Of a stretch of DNA of 64,000 bases, positions 18,652 to 28,328 are shown piece by piece. Each line of letters begins with the position of its first letter. The first letter of the stretch is position 1. The notes under the pieces are model-generated. The model searched no databases and was not told where the DNA came from. It saw only the letters and a program-made list of their open reading frames with translations. The translations under genes and the position numbers were made by a program. This DNA comes from an uncultured Dehalococcoidia bacterium (GTDB lineage: Bacteria; Chloroflexota; Dehalococcoidia; Lucifugimonadales; G958296245), in assembly GCA_958296245.1 (NCBI GenBank), contig OY282458.1, positions 2,234,197 to 2,298,196 on the forward strand. The letters run 5' to 3'.

Positions 18652-19902
18652 ATGCCCAACGTGGGCGGTCTGCTGGAGTCCCGGTTGTGCCCCGAAAAGC
18701 TGGGCGTTATCCGGGCCGCGGCGGCAGCGGCGGCCCGGCTCCGACTTCCCCTGTATCTGGTCGGCGGGACCGTGCGGGACATCCTACTCCCCACTCAGGT
18801 ATCGGATCTGGACGTGGCCGTGGTCGGAGACGGCCCGGATGCCGTAAACCGCGTGGCAAAGAGGCTCGGCGGTCGTGTGTTGGCGCGGTCTCAGTTCGGG
18901 ACGATGAAGCTCGACGTCGCCGGGACCGTCATCGACCTGGCGATGGCGCGAACCGAGACCTATCCCCGACCCGGCGCCCTGCCAGAAGTCGCGCCGGGCG
19001 GGATCGAGGACGACCTCGCCCGGCGCGACTTCTCCATCAACGCGATGGCCATGTCGCTGGGCGACCGATTCGGGGAAGTGCTCGACCCGTTCGGGGGGCG
19101 CTCGGATCTGGCGGCGCGCCTGATCCGCGTGCTCCACCCTCGAAGCTTCGCGGACGACGCCACCCGCATACTGAGAGCCGCGCGCTACGCGGCCCGCCAC
19201 GGGTTCCGGCTGGAGGCCGAAACGGCTGAGATGTTTCATCGCGGCCTGTCTTACGTGGACGCCGTCAGCGGCGATCGGGTCCGAAACGAGCTAGAGCGCT
19301 ACTTTGCGGAGCGCGCCGCGGGGCCGGCGCTGCTCGCGGCCCAAGACCTGGGCGCGCTGAGGTCGGTTCATCCCGATCTGGCGCTGCCGGAGCACGCAGT
19401 CCCCACCCTGTCGGCCCCTTCCTTCGATACGTTGTCGCCCCGCCGCCTCGTCCTCCTCGCGCTTCTGGCCTACTCGGCTGCTGACGTGCATGGCGTCTCT
19501 CAGCGCCTCAACCTGTCGGGCAGGCGGGCCGAGGCTGTCTCGAGCGTGCCGCGCGTCAAGGCCGGCTGCCGCCGCCTGGAGGGTGAGTCCATCCCGCCGA
19601 GCCGTATCGTGGACGTCCTTCAACCGCTCGACAACGCCGCAATCGAGGCGTGTACTCTCGCATTGCCCCCCGGCGCGGTCAGAGACCGCACGCAACGTTA
19701 CCTGACTGAGTTGAGGCACGTCAGACCGGCGTTGAACGGCAGCGGCATCATTGCCCTCGGTGTACCCGAAGGGCCGCAGGTGGGGGAGATGCTCGCGAAG
19801 CTGCGTCGGGCGCGCTTGGACGGCTTGCTCTCAACCCCGGAGGACGAAGAGGACTACGTGCGCCGCAGTGCGCGGAGCCTCAGGGCTTGTGAGCCTCGAT
19901 GA
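18652..19902 (+). CDS. tRNA nucleotidyltransferase / poly(A) polymerase family (CCA-adding type)
   Basis: LYLVGGTVRDILL...DLDVAV, and RDF(S/T)INA as ARRDFSINAM. ATG 18652 is preferred over TTG 18643. Confidence 0.85.
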   Translation: MPNVGGLLESRLCPEKLGVIRAAAAAAARLRLPLYLVGGTVRDILLPTQVSDLDVAVVGDGPDAVNRVAKRLGGRVLARSQFGTMKLDVAGTVIDLAMARTETYPRPGALPEVAPGGIEDDLARRDFSINAMAMSLGDRFGEVLDPFGGRSDLAARLIRVLHPRSFADDATRILRAARYAARHGFRLEAETAEMFHRGLSYVDAVSGDRVRNELERYFAERAAGPALLAAQDLGALRSVHPDLALPEHAVPTLSAPSFDTLSPRRLVLLALLAYSAADVHGVSQRLNLSGRRAEAVSSVPRVKAGCRRLEGESIPPSRIVDVLQPLDNAAIEACTLALPPGAVRDRTQRYLTELRHVRPALNGSGIIALGVPEGPQVGEMLAKLRRARLDGLLSTPEDEEDYVRRSARSLRACEPR

Positions 19903-19974
19903 CGTAGCGGGTCTCGGTAAGCACGATGCCGCGTTCACGAGCGGGGCCACCGGCACTGAGGGAGCCCACGACGT

Positions 19975-21396
19975 CTAGCCGAGGGAGACTTTGGGCGCGA
20001 GCCTTGGGTCTGTCATCGTCTCCGGGTCCAGGATCTCATCGAGCTCGGCCCCGGATAGCCCGGTGCGAGCCAGGGCGACTTCCTTGACGGTCTGGCCGGT
20101 GGCCTCCGCCTCCTTGGCGATGGCCGCCGAGGCATCGTAGCCAACGTGAGGGACCAAGGTCGTCACTATGGCAAGCCCTCGGTGGACCATCTCAGGGCCC
20201 TTGGCGGTAGCGGTGAGGCCGTCGATGCACTGGTCCGACAGATTCCGCGAAGACGTAGCCAGTATCTCGATGGACTGGAGCAGGTTGTGAGCCGCCACGG
20301 GCATCATGACGTTGATCTCGAAGTTGCCCGACTGGCCCGCGATGGTTATGGCCGCGTCGTTGCCGATCACCTGGGCCGCTACCTGGCACACCGATTCGGG
20401 GATGACGGGGTTCACCTTGCCCGGCATGATCGAGCTGCCGGGCTGAACGGCGGGCAACTCGATCTCGCCCAGGCCGGCCCTGGGTCCTGAGCCGAGCCAG
20501 CGTATGTCGTTGGCGATCTTCATCAGGCTGACTGCCAGCGTCTTCAGGGCGCCGCTGGTCTCTACGACGGCGTCCAGCGCGCTCTGCGCCTGGAAGTGGT
20601 TGCCGGTCTCGCGGACCGGGACCCCGACGCCGCTGGTCAGACTTTCGCACACCCGGGAGGCAAACTCAGGGTGGGTGTTCACACCCGTGCCCACGGCGGT
20701 GCCTCCCAGAGCTACTTCCGACAGGCGTTCCATGGCGCTCCTCATACGTTCTATTCCGCGCTCCACCTGGCCGGCATGACCTTGAAATTCCTGCCCAAGC
20801 CGGATGGGCGTCGCGTCCTGTAGATGAGTGCGGCCCGTCTTGACGATGGGCATGAACTCCTCTGACTTGCGCTCCAGAGACGCTTGAAGGCGCTCCAGCG
20901 CGGGGACCAATCGCGCCTCGATGCCCTCCAGAGCGGCGACGTGGATGGCCGTGGGGATGACGTCGTTGGATGACTGGCCGATGTTGACGTGGTCGTTGGG
21001 GTGGACCGGGTCCCGGGCCCCCCGTTCGCCGCCCAATATCTCGATGGCGCGGTTGGAGATGACCTCGTTGGCGTTCATGTTAGTCGAGGTGCCGGAGCCG
21101 GTCTGGAAGATGTCCACCACGAACTGGTCGTCGAACCTTCCGTCCGCAACCTCCCGGGCCGCCCGTGATATTGCGTTGGAAAGGTCGTCTTCCAACAGAT
21201 CGAGGTCCCGGTTCACCTCGGCGGCGGCGGCCTTTATCAACCCTATCGCCCTGATGAACGACCTGGGGAATCGAAGGCGGCTGATGGGAAAATTGAGGAG
21301 CGCCCGCATCGTCTGCGCCCCGTAGTACGCCTCGGACGGGACGGCCAATTCCCCCATAGAGTCGCTCTCCATCCGGACCTTTACGTCTTCTGCCAT
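19975..21396 (-). CDS. class II fumarase/aspartase-family lyase (aspartate ammonia-lyase-like)
   Basis: Signature GSSIMPGKVNPVIPE. The NPV(I/V/M)PE form is what I associate with aspartases rather than FumC (NPTQCE). N-terminus RMESDSMGELAVP..AYYGAQT. Confidence 0.85.
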   Translation of the reverse strand: MAEDVKVRMESDSMGELAVPSEAYYGAQTMRALLNFPISRLRFPRSFIRAIGLIKAAAAEVNRDLDLLEDDLSNAISRAAREVADGRFDDQFVVDIFQTGSGTSTNMNANEVISNRAIEILGGERGARDPVHPNDHVNIGQSSNDVIPTAIHVAALEGIEARLVPALERLQASLERKSEEFMPIVKTGRTHLQDATPIRLGQEFQGHAGQVERGIERMRSAMERLSEVALGGTAVGTGVNTHPEFASRVCESLTSGVGVPVRETGNHFQAQSALDAVVETSGALKTLAVSLMKIANDIRWLGSGPRAGLGEIELPAVQPGSSIMPGKVNPVIPESVCQVAAQVIGNDAAITIAGQSGNFEINVMMPVAAHNLLQSIEILATSSRNLSDQCIDGLTATAKGPEMVHRGLAIVTTLVPHVGYDASAAIAKEAEATGQTVKEVALARTGLSGAELDEILDPETMTDPRLAPKVSLG

Positions 21397-21564
21397 TCCT
21401 TGTCTCCTCTGCGTAGCCTATTCTGGGGGCCTGCCGCGCAGTCCTCTCTCCAAGCGTGGGGCAAGCTGCGGCGAATCTTAGGCGAGGACGTGGCATTTGA
21501 CAACCTGGGTTGCTAGAATCCTTTCCTACGCCAAATTGATCCCCGGCCTTGCAGGAGCTGCCAC

Positions 21565-22605
21565 ATGCACGAGATCGACTTCCGCAGCGACACCAAGACT
21601 CTCCCATCGCCCGACATGCGCCGGGCGATGGCCGAGGCGGAGCTTGGAGACGACGTGAGCGGGGAGGACCCGACCGTCAACCGCCTCGAAGCCATGTCCG
21701 CCGAGATGCTGGGCAAGGAGGCGGCGGTGCTGGTGGCCAGCGGCACTATGGGTAACCTCATCGGGGTCCTGGCTCAATGCCAGCGCGGCGAAGAGGTGAT
21801 ACTCGGAGACAAATCCCACATCTACAGGGCGGAGGCCGGCGGCGTCTCGGTGCTGGGCGGGGTGGTCATGCAGATGCTCCCGAACGACGGCGCGGGCCGC
21901 CTGGACCTCGACGAGATCGAATCGGCCATCCACCCCGCGGACTCGCACTACCCGCCGACCAAGTTGATCGCGCTGGAGAACACGGCAAACGCCAGCGGAG
22001 GAGCCCCGTTGACGCCGGAGTACATGGGGGAAGTCGGCAGGCTGGCGAGGGAGCACGGGATCAAGGTCCACGTCGACGGCGCGCGGCTGTTCAACGCGGC
22101 CGTCTGCCTCGAGACGCCGGCCGCCGAGTTGGCGGCGGACGCCGACACGGTGACGTTCTGTCTGTCCAAGGGTCTGGCATGTCCTGTTGGGTCGGTACTG
22201 TGTGGAGACAGCGAGACGATGGAGCGGGCGCGGCGGCTGCGGAAGATGCTGGGGGCCGGGATGAGGCAGGCGGGGATCATAGCCGCGCCGGGCATCGTGG
22301 CCCTCGAATCGATGATCGACCGGCTCGCCGAGGACCATTCCAACGCCCGCAAGCTGGCGTTGGGGTTGAGCGAAATACCGGGAATCGAGATAGACCCCGA
22401 CAGCCTGCCGACGAACCTTCTGTTCTTCGAGATCACGTCAGGCGACCCAATGGAGATAGGGCGGCGCCTCCGAGAGCGCGGCGTCCTGGTGTCGCCCGAG
22501 CGAGACGTGTGGCGCTGGGTGACTCATTACGGGATAACGTCGGAGGACGTCGACTACGCTTTGGGCGTCATGAGGGAGGTCATGCGGGACCACGCGGCAG
22601 CGTAG
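21565..22605 (+). CDS. ltaE: low-specificity L-threonine aldolase
   Basis: IDFRSDT.T.P...M..AM..AE.GDDV.GEDPTVN.LE and the PLP-lysine context FCLSKGL. Confidence 0.88.
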   Translation: MHEIDFRSDTKTLPSPDMRRAMAEAELGDDVSGEDPTVNRLEAMSAEMLGKEAAVLVASGTMGNLIGVLAQCQRGEEVILGDKSHIYRAEAGGVSVLGGVVMQMLPNDGAGRLDLDEIESAIHPADSHYPPTKLIALENTANASGGAPLTPEYMGEVGRLAREHGIKVHVDGARLFNAAVCLETPAAELAADADTVTFCLSKGLACPVGSVLCGDSETMERARRLRKMLGAGMRQAGIIAAPGIVALESMIDRLAEDHSNARKLALGLSEIPGIEIDPDSLPTNLLFFEITSGDPMEIGRRLRERGVLVSPERDVWRWVTHYGITSEDVDYALGVMREVMRDHAAA

Positions 22606-22770
22606 CAACGACGGGAACAGGTCCATCTTCGGGGAGACAGGTCATTGACACGACCTGTCTCTTCCTGTTCATAGGAGACGCTCCGGAGCGTAGGGGCGTA
22701 CGGCTTCCGGGACAAAGCGGGCCGCTGTCAGAGTAGGCCGGCGTGCGACAACGGGAGAGCCAAGGGCGCG

Positions 22771-23991
22771 ATGCTGCTGTTGTTGACGGACGGACGGTTC
22801 AGGCTGCTCTGGTCTGGCGGCGTGCTGGCTATCTTCGGCCACGTTATGTACAGCATGGTCCACGGCTGGCTGACGTTGTCCGTAACCGGCTCGCCGTTCT
22901 GGGTGGGCGCTTCATCCGGCATGGTGGGGATCGGGCTCCTGGCCTTCGGTATCCTGGGGGGGCTGGTGGCAGACCGGTTTCGCCGAAGCCTGGCCGTGGC
23001 CTTCAGCGAGTTGGTGATGGGGCTCCGCTCGGTGATACTGGCCTTCCTGGTACTGTCCGGTCAGGTCGAGCTCTGGCACCTCCTAGCCGGGTCCCTCGTC
23101 ACAGGCCTTTCGGAGGCAGTGCGCATACCGTCGATGTTTGCTCTCAACATCGACGTGGTGGGGAGGCAGAGGCTTCTCAGCGCAACGGCGGCGAATTTCG
23201 CATCCTTTGGCGTAGCGGGCATAGTGGCTCCTCTGGCGGCCGGCGCCCTGGTGGACCGCTGGGACATCGGCTGGGCTTATATGGTCATGGCGGCGTTCCA
23301 CCTCCTCTCGGCGGCGGTCATGCTCAGGCTCAAGGCCCCTCCGCCTGCGGGGCGCACCGAGGCCGACGCGCCCCCGTTGTCACCGTGGCGTTCCATTCGG
23401 GAGGGGATTGTCCATATCCTTAGCACACCGTGGATCCGCACACTGTTGGCGATGCAGCTAGTCGGCGAGGCGTTCGGGTGGTCACACATAACGATGCTGC
23501 CGGTGATGGCCCGGGACGTGTTGGGAGTCGAGGCGCAGGGTCTCGGCTATCTCATGGCAGCCAGCCACGCCGGGTTCCTGATGGGCAACTTGAGCCTGTC
23601 CGCCCTAGGCGATCTGAGACACAAGAGCCGCATGGCCGTTGCGGGCTACGGGGGGTACGGCCTGCTACTGATGCTGTTTGCGGCGTCGCGCTCGTTCCCG
23701 CTCTCATTGGCTCTGCTTGCGGCGGCGTACGCCGTGGTGTCTCTGTACGAGGCCAACTTGCACACTATGGTGCAGGCCGCCGTGCCGGATCGGATGCGGG
23801 GCCGGGTAATCAGCTTCCAGGCTCTGACGTGGGGCGTAACGGGGTTCTCCGGCTTCTATATGGGAGCTGCGGCCCGCCGGTTCGGCGCCCCTGTAGCGAT
23901 AGCCGTAGGCGGCGCGGTCGTTCTCGCTAACGCGGTCCGCCTGACGCCGGCCCTGTCGCGCTCCGGCCCAAGTCAAGACAGTCCCCGTTAG
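22771..23991 (+). CDS. MFS transporter
   Basis: About 12 predicted hydrophobic helices, a GGLVADRFRR loop 2-3 motif and typical length. Confidence 0.8.
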   Translation: MLLLLTDGRFRLLWSGGVLAIFGHVMYSMVHGWLTLSVTGSPFWVGASSGMVGIGLLAFGILGGLVADRFRRSLAVAFSELVMGLRSVILAFLVLSGQVELWHLLAGSLVTGLSEAVRIPSMFALNIDVVGRQRLLSATAANFASFGVAGIVAPLAAGALVDRWDIGWAYMVMAAFHLLSAAVMLRLKAPPPAGRTEADAPPLSPWRSIREGIVHILSTPWIRTLLAMQLVGEAFGWSHITMLPVMARDVLGVEAQGLGYLMAASHAGFLMGNLSLSALGDLRHKSRMAVAGYGGYGLLLMLFAASRSFPLSLALLAAAYAVVSLYEANLHTMVQAAVPDRMRGRVISFQALTWGVTGFSGFYMGAAARRFGAPVAIAVGGAVVLANAVRLTPALSRSGPSQDSPR

Positions 23992-24086
23992 CGCCGGCGG
24001 ATACCCTTCTCTCACGGGCCGGCGTGCGTGTGGATTATGTACCCCTGGGGAGTTGGGCGGGCTTGGTCAAGGTGTGTGCGGGGACT

Positions 24087-24170
24087 TTAGATTCTTCGTC
24101 GCTGCGCTCCTCAGAATGACATAGGGGAGGGCGGAGTCGCTGCGCTCCGTGGCGAGTCCGAATGGTTACG
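24087..24170 (+). repeat. family B GC-rich repeat, about two tandem units
   Basis: TTAGATTCTTCGTCGCTGCGCTCCTCAGAATGACATAGGGG followed by a degenerate second unit (..GTCGCTGCGCTCC..GAATGG). Related units occur at 29936 and, inverted, at 48851. Confidence 0.65.
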
Positions 24171-24225
24171 CGCGTAGGCGTCAGCGGGAAGAGCCTGCGC
24201 CCAAAGAACGGAATGCCGACACTGA

Positions 24226-25359
24226 CTAGACGCTAAAGGCGACTGAGCCGTCGCTCCTCAGGAGCGGTCCACGCGGGGACTCCCCGGACTCGGCAACCGC
24301 CTGCGCCAGCAATTCTTCGTCCAGCTCTACCCCAAGGCCGGGGGCCTCGGGGGCGGGGATATAGCCGCCCTCACGCCTGAGCGCCGTCCTGTAGACTCCG
24401 TTCTCCGGCGCCTCGTCCTGCTTGTTGTATTCTTGGGTGATGAAGTTGGGGATGCTGGTGTCCAGATGCACTGAGGCCGCCGTCAGCACCGGGCCCAGGA
24501 AGTTATGTGTCACCACCGCGCAGTGGAAGGATTCGGCGATGGCGGCGATCTTCTTGCAATGGGTCAGCCCGCCCGCCAGGCCGACGTCCGGCCTGACGTA
24601 CTGCGGCCCGCCGTGCGTCAACAGCTCCCTGAACTCCCAGATCGAGTGCATCCGCTCACCGTTGGCCACCGGTAGGGAGATGCGCTTGGCGATCTCCCCC
24701 TGCGACATGATACTGTCGATTTGGATGGGGTCCTCGTAGAAGAGGGGCCGGAGGTCCACAAGCGCCTCCGCCAGCGCTATGGCGGACATCGGGGTGAGCT
24801 TGCGGTGGACCTCCACTATGATGTCCACGTCGTCGCCGACGGTCTCCCTGGCCGCGGCGACCAGGGAGCGGGCCGCCGATATCTGCTTGGCGTGGGTCAT
24901 GTCCTGGTAGCCGCCTGGAAGCGGGTCGAACTTGATGGCTGTGAACCCCTCCTCGGCGGCCGTGCGCGCGGCCGCGGCGACCGCGTCCGGGGTGTCGGGG
25001 TCGCCCATCAGCAGATGCAGGCGGATACGGTCCCTGCATCTGCCTCCCAGCAGGTCCCATACAGGCGCCCCGTAGTGCTTGCCCTTGATGTCCCAGAGGG
25101 CGACGTCCACTGCGCTGACCGCGCCTGAGAGCGCCGAGCCTCGGAACGGCGCGGCGCGGTAGTTGGCCTGCCAGTGGTGCTCGATGCGGAGGGGGTCTTG
25201 TCCGACCAGATACGCCTCGAACTGCTCGACGATCTTCTTCACCGCTTCCGTGTAGCCCCAGCAAGCCGTCTGTCCCAACCCCGTCAGCCCGGAATCGGTC
25301 CGGATGCGCACCAGGTACGAGGCGCCAATGCGGACTGACTCGACCTGTTCAATTTTCAT
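24226..25359 (-). CDS. enolase-superfamily dehydratase (galactonate/mannonate dehydratase-like)
   Basis: MKIEQVE..., GLTGLGQ, LVGQDP.RIEHHWQ, AVSAVDVALWDIKGK, and later barrel strands. Confidence 0.85.
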   Translation of the reverse strand: MKIEQVESVRIGASYLVRIRTDSGLTGLGQTACWGYTEAVKKIVEQFEAYLVGQDPLRIEHHWQANYRAAPFRGSALSGAVSAVDVALWDIKGKHYGAPVWDLLGGRCRDRIRLHLLMGDPDTPDAVAAAARTAAEEGFTAIKFDPLPGGYQDMTHAKQISAARSLVAAARETVGDDVDIIVEVHRKLTPMSAIALAEALVDLRPLFYEDPIQIDSIMSQGEIAKRISLPVANGERMHSIWEFRELLTHGGPQYVRPDVGLAGGLTHCKKIAAIAESFHCAVVTHNFLGPVLTAASVHLDTSIPNFITQEYNKQDEAPENGVYRTALRREGGYIPAPEAPGLGVELDEELLAQAVAESGESPRGPLLRSDGSVAFSV

Positions 25360-25475
25360 AGCTGCTCCAGCGCTCGCCGCGGGAAGGGAGGGGATCGTAT
25401 CTGAGGGCGTCCCTCAGACTCACGGCAAAGTGGCTGTTCCCTCCCGCATTTCCGCAGCCCGCTATAAGTTCGAGG

Positions 25476-26222
25476 TCACACCTTCAGATGGGTACGCGGC
25501 TCCCAGCCGAGGAGCTGTTTCGCCTTATTCAAATTGGCGTACTCGCCCAGTTCGTCGCCCGCTATCAACACGGCGTCGAAGCGGCTGGACCGGCCTTTCG
25601 CCACTTCGATTGCGGACAGGTACGCCGCAGCGAGGTCTTCTTCGTCCGTGACCCACAGCCTGCCCCGCGTGTCCTTGGGTACTTTGCGCTCCTCCACCCA
25701 CTGCCGCCGGTTTCTTGGGCCGGTGATGCGAAGCGCTACTATGGACATCCCAAACTCACGGCAGAAGTATCTGCATATCCTTTCGCCGAAGCCCTTAGTC
25801 AGCCCATATACGCCGGGGTTGTCCAAGGGCATCTCTTCCTCGGCCGGGTACCACGCGCGGTCGCGCCTGTGGACGGTGAAGGAGCTCGTATGGACCCCGC
25901 ACGTGATGCCCATCGAGTGGGCAGTCTGTAGAAGCAGGTGGAGACCCAGAGCGTTCACGTTGTAGTTGTCGATGGTCTCTTGAATCGACGCCGTATTGTC
26001 CGCCGACGACGTCGGGCTCTTCATGACCATGTTTATGAACGCGTCCACCCCGTCCAGGGACTGCCTCAGCGCGCCGGGATCGGTTATGGAGCCCTCGACG
26101 AACTCGACGCCCTCCACCCTGGGCGGCGCCACGTCGAGGACTCTGAACTCGTGCCGTTCCCTCATATATGGCACGGTCCAAGTCGCGACGTTACCTGACC
26201 CGCCGGTGATCAGAATCTTCAT
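25476..26222 (-). CDS. NAD-dependent epimerase/dehydratase family protein
   Basis: MKILITGGSGNV Rossmann N-terminus, an extended-SDR layout and YGLTK catalytic Tyr-x3-Lys. Confidence 0.8.
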   Translation of the reverse strand: MKILITGGSGNVATWTVPYMRERHEFRVLDVAPPRVEGVEFVEGSITDPGALRQSLDGVDAFINMVMKSPTSSADNTASIQETIDNYNVNALGLHLLLQTAHSMGITCGVHTSSFTVHRRDRAWYPAEEEMPLDNPGVYGLTKGFGERICRYFCREFGMSIVALRITGPRNRRQWVEERKVPKDTRGRLWVTDEEDLAAAYLSAIEVAKGRSSRFDAVLIAGDELGEYANLNKAKQLLGWEPRTHLKV

Positions 26223-26304
26223 CTGTAGGCGCTGCCTCCTCGGCGAAACGGGTCGGGCGTAGTCTACGAGATAGCAGAGGCCGCCACAAGTGCGCGGACG
26301 TAAC

Positions 26305-26425
26305 GTAACTGTTCAGACTTCGTGAGATCATTTTCGACTGGCGCAGCCCCGATAAAGCAGACGTCTTTGATCCCCACCCGCCCCCTGGTAACTGGGGGCA
26401 CAGCCCCCAGACCCCTGCCGGAGGG
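26305..26425 (-). repeat. family A repeat, inverted orientation, one terminus only
   Basis: It starts GTAACTGTTCAGACTTCGTGAG and continues with ..TTTTCGACTGGCGCAGCCCCGATAAAGCAGACGTCTTTGATCCCC.., which is the reverse complement of the 8537 copy's right half. The second TIR is missing. Confidence 0.75.
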
Positions 26426-26443
26426 AAATTACGCGTGGACGCG

Positions 26444-27547
26444 CTACGCGCCGGATGGTTGGTAGAGAGCCGTTGCCGGGTTCCAGTCGTTCCACGCGAA
26501 CCAGAAGCTGAGGTGCGACGCGACCCTCTCCAGAGCGGCGCCCTTCAGCGGGCCGTCGATGGCGAGGCCCGTCAGCGCCATCCAAGTTGAGCCGGTGTTC
26601 TCGTCCATCAGCAGAGGCCGCGCACCGCCGCCCGGGAGCAGTCTGAAGGTCAGGGCGACGCCGTTTACGCCCCGATCGTACACCAAGGCCGTCTCCGTGT
26701 TGGTCTCCAGGAACACCAGAACGTCATGGCCGCCCACCGAGTCGTTGACGACGGGCTCGGACCGTAGCGGGGCCAAGGGATAGGCCTTCGTGTCCCCGTC
26801 CAGGCTGACCCCGACTACGAGGTCCTTCGGCGCCAGTCTGTCGTCCTCGTTGCTCTCCCCCAGCACACCCTTTTCCGCGTCCCGATAGTAGAACCGATAG
26901 GAGTCGCCCCGGTAGCCGCCTTTCTTGTCCAGAACCAGCGTGTCCGGGTGGGTGTCCATCCAGAGCGCCCACGAGGTCTGGGTCACAGGGATTAGGTCGA
27001 GTTTGACGCCTCGCATCGGGCCTTTGACGGCCTGCCCGAGGAACTGGCTCCAGAGGCTGCGCGTCTGGTGGTCGTACATGACGAGGACGTTCATGATCAG
27101 TTTGCCAGAGACGCCGAAGGTGTGCATGGCCCCTTCGATTCTTCGGGCATACACGATGCCCGAAAAGCACAGCGGTCACCACGTAACGGCGACGGGCGTC
27201 CCGCCGACGAAGTCGTTGACTATCTCGTGCCGGCTGAGCATCGAGATGGGGTAGGCATGGCGCTCGCCGCCGATTGACAGGCCCAACACCTGCTCGGAGG
27301 GGTCCATCCAGACCCGCGCCTCGCCGGCGGTGACAAACTCAGGCTCCAAGATGGCCTGGATGCCGTCGAATGGTATCAGCGTGACCATCTCGACGGTGCG
27401 CCCCGGGATGCCCTGGGCATCGTCGGGCAATACAGCTTCCTCGACGTCCATGACGCCCTTGCCGAGTCGTATGAGGAAGGGCAGCAGCAGGACGGCGACG
27501 GCAGCGACCGCAGCTAGGGCGAACATCATCTTCGCGTAAGTTCGCAT
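26444..27547 (-). CDS. DUF3179-family protein interrupted by one in-frame TGA (27176..27178): candidate selenoprotein (UPLC for CPLC) or a pseudogene
   Basis: Track ORFs 27176..27547 and 26444..27154 are in the same frame. Read through, the junction is ..GGTPVAVTW-[TGA]-PLCFSGIVYARRIEG..FGVSGKL, which aligns to the family's ..VT(Y/W)CPLC.. core. There is an N-terminal signal/anchor helix. Confidence 0.6.
27140..27166 (-). promoter_or_regulatory. SECIS-like mRNA hairpin 3' of the in-frame UGA
   Basis: The mRNA reads UGA-CCGCUGUGCUU-[UUCGGGCAU]-CGUGU-[AUGCCCGAA]. The stem is a perfect 9 bp, extendable by U-G and U-A pairs, with a 5-nt loop containing G and U, and it starts 11 nt after the UGA. 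Confidence 0.45.
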
Positions 27548-27564
27548 TTTGGTCGCCGACGCCG

Positions 27565-28188
27565 CTAGCAGAACAGGCCGCCCGCCGGCCGGCCCCAGCG
27601 TTCCCGGTGCCGGCGCTCCAGCTCCCGGAGTCTCTCCGCGAATGGGGACCCCTGAATGGGGTCGGTCGTCATGATGATGGCGTCCTCTCGGTTGTCGGAG
27701 TAGTACGCCCTGCGTCGTCCGCGTTCGGTGAATCCGTACTTCTCATAGAGGTTCCTGGCAACGGCGTTGGACGGGCGCACCTCCAGGGTCATCTCGGCCG
27801 CGCCGCGCGCCAAGGCGTGCTCTATTGCGCCTATCAGGAGCAGCTCGCCCACCCCCTGCCCACGGTGCGAACGCCGCACGCATATCGCGACGACGTGTAC
27901 GCTGCCGACCATGTCCCAAGCGCCCACGAATCCCGCAATGAAGTCCCGTTCCCCTCCGCGCCAGACGTCCCGCGCCCTCCTCAACGCCTCTGCCAGCATT
28001 GGGCGTCTCGTCCTGTGAGACTCCTCGGCCTCGGCAAGAGGCCGGAAGGCGACGTGGTAGCTGGCCAGGCGGTTATCGAGCTCCCGCCTGAAATTCGTCG
28101 GGGGGAAGAGCGTGGGGAAGGAGTCCCGCTCTATCTCCTCGGACTGAGCGCGATCCGATGCCCGCAGCCGGCGAAGCATGAAGGGCAT
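27565..28188 (-). CDS. rimI: GNAT acetyltransferase, RimI-like (ribosomal-protein-alanine N-acetyltransferase family)
   Basis: V....RR.G.G..LL......A...GA..M.LEVR.SN..A..LY.K.GF motif block. The start is taken at MPFMLRRL (ATG 28188). Confidence 0.65.
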   Translation of the reverse strand: MPFMLRRLRASDRAQSEEIERDSFPTLFPPTNFRRELDNRLASYHVAFRPLAEAEESHRTRRPMLAEALRRARDVWRGGERDFIAGFVGAWDMVGSVHVVAICVRRSHRGQGVGELLLIGAIEHALARGAAEMTLEVRPSNAVARNLYEKYGFTERGRRRAYYSDNREDAIIMTTDPIQGSPFAERLRELERRHRERWGRPAGGLFC

Positions 28189-28328
28189 AACCCGATTCTT
28201 GGACCTACGTTCCGCGGCTTTCACCTTGGCATCCGGAGCGTTTTTTCAAACTGCGGGGGTTGAGGCGCTACCCTGAAATGCGAATCGGACGTTGTATGAG
28301 GTATATAATATCATTGAGCGCATTGGCT

